Shown here: positions 8,356 to 16,404 of the stretch, piece by piece
Position numbering within the stretch: position 1 is the stretch's first letter
Layout: the number at the start of each line of letters is the position of its first letter
Source: an uncultured virus (IMG/VR IMGVR_UViG_3300042814_000160)
Lineage: Duplodnaviria > Heunggongvirae > Uroviricota > Caudoviricetes
DNA: 20,000 nt
Reading direction: 5' to 3' (one strand)
Virus record (IMG/VR): IMGVR_UViG_3300042814_000160
Notes under the pieces: model-generated
The model's database searches: none
What the model was told of the DNA's origin: nothing
Seen by the model: the letters and a program-made list of their open reading frames with translations, nothing else
Program-made: the position numbers and the translations under genes

Positions 8356-9440
8356 GTGACCTCCAGATCACGCACATCCTCCTCGTCGACTTCTTCCGCC
8401 GGCGAGTAGGGGGAATCGCCCGGGACTTCCGGGTCGTACACGAAGCTGGGCAGGGCCAACCCGCTCATGTGGCCCCAGTCGGTGCCGATTTTGGCGTCCA
8501 CCCCGATTTGGAGATGGGTCCCCTGGTTCCAGCTTGGATCACACGGGAGCGCCTCCACCGGGCGCTGCATGGCGTACGCCACCCGCTCCACCACGTAGTC
8601 GACCAGCCGGGTCGGCACCTCCATCAGCAGCGAGTCGTGGATGGGGGCCCGGAGCGGCGTCCGCCCGAAGTAAGTGTCCCCCACATAGCACCGGTCGTAC
8701 AAGGGGTCCTCGGGATCGAACAGGGGCAGGGAGGCTTCGGTGAGCACCCCGCGCGCGATGGACTGGGGGTAGAACGCGACCACCCGTTTCGCGTCCTCGC
8801 CCAACGACACCCCGTAGCTGATGTTGTTGATATCGATCACCGGCATCCCGCGCTTCTGCCGCCAGAGTTTCTGCGACAGGGTCAGGCGTTCGTAATGGAC
8901 CACTGACCAGAACCAGTGTTGGTACTGGTAGGGGTGGCCGGACACCGAGCGTGCCTCGGGTTTGTAGGTGTAGGTCCCCGCCCCGCCCAGGTAGTGCTTC
9001 TCGTGCGCGGTGTGGCGCACGGCGGTATGGAATTGGGGCAGCGCCGGGGCAATGTCCTCGTACACCTTGTTAAGGTGCTCGGCTTCCGACAGGGAGCTGA
9101 ACAGCTTGAGGTTGTTCATGTACAACCCATGGACGGTCATCCCGTACCCTTTGCCGTGGACCGTGCGTTTGGACTGGTTGTAGGCGGTGGCGACGTCCGG
9201 GTCCTCGGACTTCTTGATCGCCTTGAAATAGCTGGCGAGTTGGTCATCGGGCCAGGTGAGGTCCGCCGGCCGCTTCAGGACATGCGAAGCGAGGTACGCG
9301 TGGACGCCGAGTCCGGCCAGGCGCATGTAGGGGGCATCGCCCATACACCAGCCGAGGAGCTTGGCCTCGATGCCGGCGAAGTCGAACTCCAGCAACTTGG
9401 CGGAGGCCCACACGGCGGGGGCGCTATTCGGCGACGACAT
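8337..9440 (-). CDS. polA: Family A DNA polymerase, C-terminal part (palm/fingers; motifs A, B, C)
   Basis: Motif A LLEFDFAGIEAK, motif B KRTVHGKGYG, FYPQS (motif 6 Gln), motif C PIHDSLLMEV. GGGAGG lies 6 nt before ATG 9440 (alternative ATG 9446). Confidence 0.9.
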   Translation of the reverse strand: MSSPNSAPAVWASAKLLEFDFAGIEAKLLGWCMGDAPYMRLAGLGVHAYLASHVLKRPADLTWPDDQLASYFKAIKKSEDPDVATAYNQSKRTVHGKGYGMTVHGLYMNNLKLFSSLSEAEHLNKVYEDIAPALPQFHTAVRHTAHEKHYLGGAGTYTYKPEARSVSGHPYQYQHWFWSVVHYERLTLSQKLWRQKRGMPVIDINNISYGVSLGEDAKRVVAFYPQSIARGVLTEASLPLFDPEDPLYDRCYVGDTYFGRTPLRAPIHDSLLMEVPTRLVDYVVERVAYAMQRPVEALPCDPSWNQGTHLQIGVDAKIGTDWGHMSGLALPSFVYDPEVPGDSPYSPAEEVDEEDVRDLEVTWQPNV

Positions 9441-11496
9441 CTTCATCCTCCCAGCCGCTCCCGGCCTCGACCCACATCCCCCGCGCCACGACGCAATCCC
9501 GGAACCCCGCCGCCAGGGAATCCTTCCCCGACTTGTCGGCCACGACGTTCTGGATGTTGGGGTTCACTTGGCTGGTTCGCATCGTGGACGGCTTGAAGGT
9601 GGTTTCCGGGTGGACGCGATCATCGAGGTCCAGCCGCTTGAACGTCCCCTCGACGTACGTCCCCCGGACCTTGTTCACCGCACGATAGTCCAGGTTCAGC
9701 GCGTAGAAGGGATCACGTTTCGCGTTGAACAACTTGGTCAGGGTCTCCCGATCGACGCTGTCATTCCCGGTCGACTTCGACTTGCCCGGCTTGTCCCCCT
9801 TGGCCAGGACATAGGCCATCATTTGCTTGGGGGAATCGGGGTTGAAGGGCTCCTGCCAGAACCAGCGGGTGACACTCGCCACGTCGGTGAGGATGTCCGG
9901 GGTGAGTTGTTTGTCCTCGCAGCGGTGGGACTTCGCCACCTCCAATTTCCCGCACGCGCGACAGACCTGCACCTCGCGCATGACCAGCTTTTCCACGATG
10001 GTCGACGCGGCGTACACCCCCATCTTCAACGCATCGGGGGCGTCCTTTTTCTTGGTCCCATCGCGCTTGGTGTCCCGCCCCTTGGTGTGGACCGCGCCCT
10101 CGGCCGGCGGCCGGGTCAGGCCCAACTTCGGGGTCAGCGCGCGCACCCCCTCGGGGACATGGACCTGCATGGCGTGCAGCAACTTCGACGCCTCGGTGTC
10201 CAGCTTCCCCTTGAACGCGGTCAGCCGATCCCGGTCGATCGCCAACCCGACCTCGGTCGCCGGCGCGAGCGTCGTGGCGTGCCAGCGGGACATATGCCGC
10301 TCGAACACGCTCCACCGACCCTGGCTGATCAGGTTCTCGACGATCCCGTCCCCGGTGCGCCGGGTGCGGACCCCGTCCTTGGCGGCATAGGCCACCGGCG
10401 CGGTTTTCGAGAGGTGCTTCCACGGTTCGACCTTGCAGTAGAAGGGGGTGGCGAACCCCAGCCCGGCGGGGAGGTCGCTCTGGAGCGCCTTCCACATCCA
10501 CATCAAATCCCAATTCCGCTGGCGGGCGCCGAGGGCCGGGTCGAGGAGTCCGGCCTTGAGCAGGCGGGGTTCATCGTACCCCTTGAACCAGTAGTACTTC
10601 ACCCCCCACGCCCACAGCATCTCGCTGATGCACCGGAGGTACTCGGGCTCGGCCGGGATGGTGATCCCCTCCTCGGGGTGGTAGGAGAGGTTGATCCGGT
10701 TGATCACATAGGAGGCGTCTTTTTCGGTGCCGATCAACGCACCCTCGTTCGCTTGCTTGTCAGGGGTCTCGATGTCCACCGCGAGGGGGTAGGCGAGGGG
10801 GTCCTGCGCGACGGCATCGAGGTACACCTTGACCCACGCGCGGAGCCAATCGAGCGGCGGGTCACACACGAGGGTCTCGGGATCGAGGGTGAACCCGGGG
10901 GCCAGCGCGGCGTCGGCCTGGTTGAGATCATAGGCGACCACGCCCATCAAATTGGTCGCGCCGCGGAGCAGGTGCGCGGGGTGGAAGGTCGGGACGATCC
11001 AGAGGTTCCGGGTAGGATCCCACGTGTAGGTCCCGTGGAAGTCGTCCAGGCTGTAATCACCCCCGCGCACGGGGAACCCGAGCATTCTCCGCAACGCCAC
11101 GCCGCCCATCGGCACCACCACCTTCGGGGGGTCGGACTTCAGCCGATCCTCCAGGTAGGTACACGTGGCGAGGGCCGACTCCGCCCAGGACTGCCCTTGG
11201 GTGGTGCCTCCCGGCGGGACACAGTGAATCGCGTTGTCCAGGCTGTACTGTTCACGCAGCTTGTTCACCAGGCGCATGACGCGCACCAGCATCGAGCCAG
11301 AGGCGCCCACAAACCCTTCCCCCTGAGCGCATTCGTCCCACCCGGGGGCTTCGCCAACCAAGCGCACCTGACCGCGGCCGCTCCCGGGCACAAACCCCGT
11401 CCCCGCGCGCTGGAGGCTGCACCCATCACAGGGGGTACCCACCCCGGGTTTGGGGAACCGGGGGGTCATGCGCGGGCGGCCGGCGGGGGCCTTCAC
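9424..11496 (-). CDS. polA: Family A DNA polymerase, N-terminal part: family-4 uracil-DNA glycosylase domain, 3'-5' exonuclease and thumb
   Basis: UDG: CDGC...GEAPGWDE...GFVG...NAIHC...C...TFHPAHLL. Exonuclease: AVDIET, GYD, YAAKD. Polymerase: SVDRETL, YRAVNKVRGTY, TMRTSQVNPNIQN, FRDCVVA. Start is GTG 11496 (GTGA overlap) or ATG 11469. Confidence 0.88.
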   Translation of the reverse strand: MKAPAGRPRMTPRFPKPGVGTPCDGCSLQRAGTGFVPGSGRGQVRLVGEAPGWDECAQGEGFVGASGSMLVRVMRLVNKLREQYSLDNAIHCVPPGGTTQGQSWAESALATCTYLEDRLKSDPPKVVVPMGGVALRRMLGFPVRGGDYSLDDFHGTYTWDPTRNLWIVPTFHPAHLLRGATNLMGVVAYDLNQADAALAPGFTLDPETLVCDPPLDWLRAWVKVYLDAVAQDPLAYPLAVDIETPDKQANEGALIGTEKDASYVINRINLSYHPEEGITIPAEPEYLRCISEMLWAWGVKYYWFKGYDEPRLLKAGLLDPALGARQRNWDLMWMWKALQSDLPAGLGFATPFYCKVEPWKHLSKTAPVAYAAKDGVRTRRTGDGIVENLISQGRWSVFERHMSRWHATTLAPATEVGLAIDRDRLTAFKGKLDTEASKLLHAMQVHVPEGVRALTPKLGLTRPPAEGAVHTKGRDTKRDGTKKKDAPDALKMGVYAASTIVEKLVMREVQVCRACGKLEVAKSHRCEDKQLTPDILTDVASVTRWFWQEPFNPDSPKQMMAYVLAKGDKPGKSKSTGNDSVDRETLTKLFNAKRDPFYALNLDYRAVNKVRGTYVEGTFKRLDLDDRVHPETTFKPSTMRTSQVNPNIQNVVADKSGKDSLAAGFRDCVVARGMWVEAGSGWEDEDVVAE

Positions 11497-11858
11497 AGGG
11501 TCCCCCGGAGATGGCCCACGGGGTCCCCATAGCGATCCGCGCGGTTCTCGTCCGGCGCGCCCCACTGGAGGTGCGAGGGGTTCACACAGGAGGGGTTGTC
11601 GCACCGGTGGCGGGCTTCGAGCCCCTGCCGGTCACTCAACGGCACCCCGTCGCTCAGGGAGAGGGCCATGCGGGCCGCCGGGACGATGAGAGACCCCGCG
11701 CGCTTGCCGTCCTCCCCGCGCCACTGGGACACGTAGAAGGCCGGTCGGGCAGGGCGGTGGCGGGACTTGGTGGAGTACGCCCCGGTCCACACCCAGCAGC
11801 CGAACAGGCCGGCGGAGGTGTCCACCTTGGCCCAGAAGCGATCGGCGATGGCGATCAT
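11493..11858 (-). CDS. Free-standing HNH homing endonuclease
   Basis: RFWAKVD...GCWVWTG...RHRCDNPSCVNPSHL...EN signature. ATG 11858 overlaps the upstream TGA (ATGA). Corresponds to the last 121 aa of track ORF 11493..13127. Confidence 0.85.
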   Translation of the reverse strand: MIAIADRFWAKVDTSAGLFGCWVWTGAYSTKSRHRPARPAFYVSQWRGEDGKRAGSLIVPAARMALSLSDGVPLSDRQGLEARHRCDNPSCVNPSHLQWGAPDENRADRYGDPVGHLRGTL

Positions 11859-12142
11859 CCCTTCCGCTCCCACCCCTCGTACCGCCTCGACGCCTTGGGG
11901 GCGAAGTGGCGATCGTTGGCGCGCTCGGCCCCGTCGATGATGTTCCGCACCGCCTGGCGCTGGCCGTCGGTGATCCGCCCCGTCCCCTGGATGGTGCGCG
12001 CGATCCCCTCCAGCGTCACGAACGCATAGCTGTATTGATCGTCCTCGCGGAGCGTGTTGACCCAGTCGAGGTACTCCTTGACCAGCGGGGTCAGGGTCGG
12101 TTGGTCGTTCAGGGGTTCGTCGCTGAAGTCGCTGAGATCCAC
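11855..12142 (-). CDS. Hypothetical protein (95 aa)
   Basis: GGAGG before the GTG start. Natural composition. Fills the gap between the glycosyltransferase and the HNH gene with coupled ends. Confidence 0.7.
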   Translation of the reverse strand: MDLSDFSDEPLNDQPTLTPLVKEYLDWVNTLREDDQYSYAFVTLEGIARTIQGTGRITDGQRQAVRNIIDGAERANDRHFAPKASRRYEGWERKG

Positions 12143-12145
12143 GGA

Positions 12146-13054
12146 TCACCTCCCGAGGCTCCGGGCGACCACCGCCCAGAATTCCTGCACCAACGTGGGC
12201 CAATGGAAGCGCAGCATCGCGGCGGTGCGCTCCGCCTCGGTGACCCGGCGATAGGGTTGGTTGACCAGCGCCAACAACGCCGCGACCGTCTCCTGCGGAT
12301 CCCCTTCGGGGATGTACTCCGCCCACGATCCGAACCACTCCCGATAATGCGGCCGGTCGAACAGCACGGGGCGGGACCCACACAAGAGCCCCTCGGCGGC
12401 GGGGAACTCGAATCCCTCGATCCGGCGGAGCCCACTCACGTACTGACACTGGCCCCACGCCTTCGCCACCTCGCGGTCGGTGAGGCCCACCCGGTGTTCG
12501 ACCGTGGCGAACGGCGCGTGGAGCAGGTCCGGCCCGAGGTGAAACTGCCGGGCCCCCTTGCGGAGCACCACCTGGTACCACTCGTCCACCGACTCGGTGG
12601 AGGCGACGTACCCGGAGGTCCCCACGAGGTATTTGTGCGAACACCCGCAGGGCCGGAAGATGGTTGCGTCGACCCCGAGGGGGGCGTGGTAGATGGTGTC
12701 GGTGTAGACCAGCGGGGTGCCATCCTCGCGGGCCAAGGCTTCTAGGTCGTAGTAGCTCCACACGGCGGCCGCGCGGCTCCAGAGCGGCCCCCACGAGACG
12801 ATGTAGGGGGTTTCGGTCGTGCGGACCATGTACTGGACGATCGCAAACGTGTGGAGGGGGAGGGCCTCGGCGGGCACCCGCTCCCCGTCGCCCAGCATGT
12901 GGATCACCTGGAAGTCCGCCGGTTGAGACGGCGGCACCGGCTGCACCCAGCTCGGGGCGTAGGCGGCCAGGGCGTGCGCCACCCGGTGGATGGCGATGCC
13001 CAACTCGGGGCGGCAATGGGTGTGGACGCGCAGCGGGGCGGGGGACGCGGACAT
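12146..13054 (-). CDS. GT-B fold glycosyltransferase (GT4-like)
   Basis: EGFEFPAAEGLLCG (E-x7-E motif), PLGVD..IF and C-terminal FHW. RBS AGGAG. Confidence 0.8.
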   Translation of the reverse strand: MSASPAPLRVHTHCRPELGIAIHRVAHALAAYAPSWVQPVPPSQPADFQVIHMLGDGERVPAEALPLHTFAIVQYMVRTTETPYIVSWGPLWSRAAAVWSYYDLEALAREDGTPLVYTDTIYHAPLGVDATIFRPCGCSHKYLVGTSGYVASTESVDEWYQVVLRKGARQFHLGPDLLHAPFATVEHRVGLTDREVAKAWGQCQYVSGLRRIEGFEFPAAEGLLCGSRPVLFDRPHYREWFGSWAEYIPEGDPQETVAALLALVNQPYRRVTEAERTAAMLRFHWPTLVQEFWAVVARSLGR

Positions 13055-13063
13055 GGGACGCTC

Positions 13064-13795
13064 CTACGGGTGGTGGACGACGATGTCGGGGGTGACGTAA
13101 ATCGAGGCACCGGGGTCCCCGGTCCACGGGTCGTTGCGGCGGATGCTCTCACACCACCCCGCGAGGGCCTCCCCGGGGGGTGCGTGCTGCTCGGCCAGCC
13201 GCAGGGAGAAGCAGAAGCAGCTCCCGACGCTACTGACCTCGAACGGGTGGGTCGCATCGAAGTCGGCGGTGAAGGGCGGGTGTGGCCCGAACCGTGTGCC
13301 ATCCAGCGCGCGGAACCCCCACGTGTCGTAGAAGGCATCCGCCGCCATGACCATGGGCGCGGTGACCACGTAGTTCAGCGCGTGGTACTGGATGGCCGCC
13401 CAGCGGTCGTAGAGGCCCCCGAGGGCGTCTACGGTCCAGACGAGGTCGCTCTCGACGTAGAGGCCCGCCTGGCCCTCCCGGCGCGCCATGCCGCCGAACA
13501 CCGCATTCAGCGCCACGGTCACATCGCGCAGGCGTTCCGTCGTCTCCACCGACCCATGGACCGGGCCGCCGTGGTCACAGCGCAGGAGGTCCAGTTCGAT
13601 CCCCTCGGCCCAGGCCCACGCCAGCGCCGCCTGCGCCGAGGCCCCACCGTCGTGGGAGTCCCCCTCGACCAGCACCACGGACAACTGGTGCCCCTGTGCG
13701 CTGAAGTGGCGACCCAACGCCCCGACCTGGCGAAAGAACCGGGCGAGATGGTCGGGGGCGGGTTTCCGGATCATCGAGCCCAGCACAATCTTCAT
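13064..13795 (-). CDS. GT-A fold glycosyltransferase (Anp1/CAP59-like motifs)
   Basis: VLVEGDSHDG, LYVESDLVW (DxD-like), FYDTWGFR, VSSVGSC and terminal VVHH. ATG 13795 overlaps the upstream TGA. Confidence 0.7.
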   Translation of the reverse strand: MKIVLGSMIRKPAPDHLARFFRQVGALGRHFSAQGHQLSVVLVEGDSHDGGASAQAALAWAWAEGIELDLLRCDHGGPVHGSVETTERLRDVTVALNAVFGGMARREGQAGLYVESDLVWTVDALGGLYDRWAAIQYHALNYVVTAPMVMAADAFYDTWGFRALDGTRFGPHPPFTADFDATHPFEVSSVGSCFCFSLRLAEQHAPPGEALAGWCESIRRNDPWTGDPGASIYVTPDIVVHHP

Positions 13796-14313
13796 CGCAC
13801 CACTCCGATTTTCCGCGCCGGTACCCCAGCCCAGATTTCCCCCGCCGGGACGTCGGTCCGTACGACCGCGCCGGCGCCGACCACCGCGTTTTCCCCGATG
13901 GTCACGCCCGGGAACACAATCGCGCCGGCGAACACGGCCGCGTTCTGGCGGAGGTGGACGAAACTGCGCTCCACCACATTCCCCGGGGCGATCGAGGAGC
14001 AGCTCCGACCCACCCCCGGGACGTTGGTACCGCTGATCAGCGTCACCCGGCTGGAGCACACCACGCCCGCTTCGAGGATCGTGAACCCGCCCCCCACCCC
14101 GAGGTGGCAAAAGCTGGCCACGTGGACGTGGGCGCCGATCAGCATCCGCCCGGCACATTCGAGCTTGGTGAACCCATCGACCCGGGCGCTGCGATGGACG
14201 CGCAGGGACTGCGGGTGGAGGACGATCCGCTGGGGGTCCTCCACGAGGGTGTGGTACTCACTCGGGTGGGCGCTGACCCACAGCGCCTCGCGGTACCCTT
14301 CGTGGAGGGTCAC
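13792..14313 (-). CDS. Left-handed beta-helix (hexapeptide repeat) acetyltransferase, probably a sugar N- or O-acetyltransferase
   Basis: Hexapeptide repeats and the canonical tail PGVTIGENAVVGAGAVVRTDVPAGEIWAGVPAR. Confidence 0.9.
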   Translation of the reverse strand: MTLHEGYREALWVSAHPSEYHTLVEDPQRIVLHPQSLRVHRSARVDGFTKLECAGRMLIGAHVHVASFCHLGVGGGFTILEAGVVCSSRVTLISGTNVPGVGRSCSSIAPGNVVERSFVHLRQNAAVFAGAIVFPGVTIGENAVVGAGAVVRTDVPAGEIWAGVPARKIGVVR

Positions 14314-15392
14314 AGCGCCACCGCCCGATGGAGACTCTCGACGACGCGATCACATTCCCCTTGGGTCATTCCGGCGTAGGTCGGGAGGCTCAACCCTTGG
14401 TTGGCGACGAGGGTGGCGTAGGGGTATTTCGTCGGCCAGTGGTTCTCGTAGTACATCGGCAGGGAGGGGATCACCGGGAAGGTGGGACGCGTGTCGATCC
14501 CGTCCGCATCCATCGCGGCCATTACCAGATCGCGGTCGACATCGGCGGGGAGCACCACGGTGTACAACCACGCCGCGCTGCCTGGCGGGGAGGGGGCGGC
14601 CCCGAGCACCCGGCGGTCGGCGATCGCGCCGGCGTAGTAGTGGTGCGCGGCTTGCCAGGAGAGAAGGGTCAAGGAGAGGTCCTTCAACTGGCTGACCCCA
14701 ATCGCCGCCGGGATCTCCATGAGCCGGTAGTTGTACCCGACCGCCTCGTGCGCCCAGCGTCCCTTGGCGAGGTTGGTCCCTTGGCCGCGGAGGAGCCGCA
14801 TCCGATCGGCGTATTCCTTGACGTCGGTAGCGACCGCGCCCCCCTCGCCCATCGTCACCACCTTGTTGGCGTAGAAGGACCAGGTGGCCAACGTATAGGT
14901 GGCCGGGTCGAGGTCGCCCCCGATGAATTGGGCGGCGTCCACAATGAGCGGGGTCCGGCGCTGGTGCTCCCCGCCGTAGCGGACGGGTAAATGGGGCTTG
15001 CACCCGTAGAGGGGGACGAGGATCTCGGCCCCGATGTACGGGGGGACCTTGGCCCGGTCCATCCCCCAGGTGTCCAGTTCGATATCCACGAACACGGGGC
15101 GGAGGCGCGCGTGCCGGACGGCATTCGCCGTGGCGACGTAGGAGAGGGCGGGCACCGCGACTTCATCCCCCTTGCCGAGGTCGAGGGCCTCCAGCGCGAG
15201 GTGGAGCGCCGCCGTGCCGCTGTTGCACGCGACCACCCAGCGGGTGCCTTGGAGGTTCGCCCACTGCCGCTCGAACTCGGCCACCCACCGCCCTTGGGTC
15301 AGGGTGACTTCATCGAGACATTGATTGACCAGGCGCTTCCCCCACGGGCTCAGGCAGGGGCGACCCATCGGGATGCGGGGGAGATAACTCAC
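14310..15392 (-). CDS. DegT/DnrJ/EryC1/StrS PLP-dependent nucleotide-sugar aminotransferase (perosamine synthase-like)
   Basis: NSGTAALHLAL, PALSYVATANAV, VDAAQ, SFYANKVVTMGEGGAV (catalytic Lys), GYNYRL and LSLP motifs. Confidence 0.93.
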   Translation of the reverse strand: MSYLPRIPMGRPCLSPWGKRLVNQCLDEVTLTQGRWVAEFERQWANLQGTRWVVACNSGTAALHLALEALDLGKGDEVAVPALSYVATANAVRHARLRPVFVDIELDTWGMDRAKVPPYIGAEILVPLYGCKPHLPVRYGGEHQRRTPLIVDAAQFIGGDLDPATYTLATWSFYANKVVTMGEGGAVATDVKEYADRMRLLRGQGTNLAKGRWAHEAVGYNYRLMEIPAAIGVSQLKDLSLTLLSWQAAHHYYAGAIADRRVLGAAPSPPGSAAWLYTVVLPADVDRDLVMAAMDADGIDTRPTFPVIPSLPMYYENHWPTKYPYATLVANQGLSLPTYAGMTQGECDRVVESLHRAVAL

Positions 15393-15964
15393 AGGGACTC
15401 CATGGTGTACCCGACCTTGAAGTCAGGTGGGGTGTGAAACCGGGGTTGATAATTGGGCCGGTTCTTCTCGGCGGTGAGGACCTGGGAGCGGTCCGTGGCC
15501 CACGCGTCGAGGAGGATCCAATACACCCAGTCCTCGATGCCGGGGTTGACGGACTCGCGGTTGCCGGCGACGTTGAGGATCCCGTACGCGTCGGGGACCG
15601 CGAAGTCGGCCATGAGGTCGGTCCACCACGTTTTGAGGGCCGCGGCGGTCGGGTTGGCGATCCAGTGCTTCCCGAGGGTGCGGGCGATCTGGATGGTCCG
15701 CGCGCTCCCGGTGTGCTTGAGGTCGCCGAAAATCACCACCCCCGAACAGTCGATGACGTTTTGCTCGGTGCGTGCCGTGTAGCGGCTGGAGCGGTGTTCC
15801 TGCAGCCCGTAGCGGGTGCCTAGGAAGGGTTTTGCACCGCGCTCGGTGAGCCAGCCCCGGGGGGCCCACCCACCCGTGGGGATGCCCATGGCGTGGCCGG
15901 CGCGGAGGCCGGCGAGGTCGGCGCCGGTTTGGCCGCCGGAGATGAGTTTGGCCGGTCGAATCAC
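15389..15964 (-). CDS. SLOG superfamily protein (circularly permuted YpsA / 'molybdenum carrier'-like)
   Basis: ISGGQTGADLAGL...GGWAPRG...E.G...YGLQE...Y..RTEQNV.D...LNVAGNRES signature. Confidence 0.85.
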   Translation of the reverse strand: MIRPAKLISGGQTGADLAGLRAGHAMGIPTGGWAPRGWLTERGAKPFLGTRYGLQEHRSSRYTARTEQNVIDCSGVVIFGDLKHTGSARTIQIARTLGKHWIANPTAAALKTWWTDLMADFAVPDAYGILNVAGNRESVNPGIEDWVYWILLDAWATDRSQVLTAEKNRPNYQPRFHTPPDFKVGYTMESL

Positions 15965-16404
15965 AGGGTCCTCGCCTTCTTCCGGAGTCGATAGCGTTTG
16001 AAGTCGTCCCGCCGGCAGATGCGGCAGAAGCGTCCGTGCGGTTGTCGTCCGGTATTCTCCGGCGTGTAGGCGTGCCCACGCTTACAGGTGATCTTGCGGG
16101 CGTTCTCCGCGCACACGCCGCCACCGGCGAGGATGTTCTGGCGCATCGTGGCGAGACGTAAGTGAGCCGGGTTCACACACCGCCGAACTCGACAGAGGTG
16201 ATCGATGGTCATGCCGGCGGGGATCGCCCCGCGGTACATCACCCACGCGGCGCGATGAGCCAGCCACGTTTTCCCGTCCCAGTAGAACTTGCCGTACCCA
16301 CCCCCATCGGGGGCGTTCGTCAGTCCGGCGGTCCATAACCAGCAGCCCGCTGGCGCGACGTCAATCCGGACGTGGAGTCGATCGATCGCGGGGGTCACAG
16401 CCAT
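15961..16404 (-). CDS. Free-standing HNH homing endonuclease with C-terminal Cys/His Zn-binding domain
   Basis: GCWLWT...GYG...AHRAAW...IDHLCRVRRCVNPAHL...QN, then TCKRGH...CRIC. Start is ATG 16404 or GTG 16398. Confidence 0.9.
   Translation of the reverse strand: MAVTPAIDRLHVRIDVAPAGCWLWTAGLTNAPDGGGYGKFYWDGKTWLAHRAAWVMYRGAIPAGMTIDHLCRVRRCVNPAHLRLATMRQNILAGGGVCAENARKITCKRGHAYTPENTGRQPHGRFCRICRRDDFKRYRLRKKARTL

Noticed and set aside
9400..9480. Intein, group I intron or slippery-site frameshift at the polymerase split
   Set aside because: No Cys/Ser...His-Asn intein ends, far too short for a self-splicing intron, and no X XXY YYZ heptamer seen. A good RBS and ATG explain the second ORF.
9361..11532. 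723-aa + strand ORF opposite the polymerase, and similar long + ORFs at 12851-14695 and 16581-18776
   Set aside because: Antisense shadows of genes that carry clear catalytic motifs on the - strand.
11859..13127. Apparent 544-aa HNH fusion protein (11493..13127)
   Set aside because: The upstream part is an off-frame read of the glycosyltransferase and the 95-aa gene. The real HNH starts at ATG 11858 with an ATGA overlap.
13796..14158. N-terminal extension of the GT-A ORF (364 aa in the track)
   Set aside because: Overlaps the acetyltransferase out of frame. ATG 13795 is coupled to its stop codon.
12146..15392. Bacterial O-antigen/capsule locus interpretation of the sugar genes
   Set aside because: No flippase, polymerase, chain-length or other membrane proteins. 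The genes are coupled to phage helicase, HNH and polymerase genes and share their codon style.
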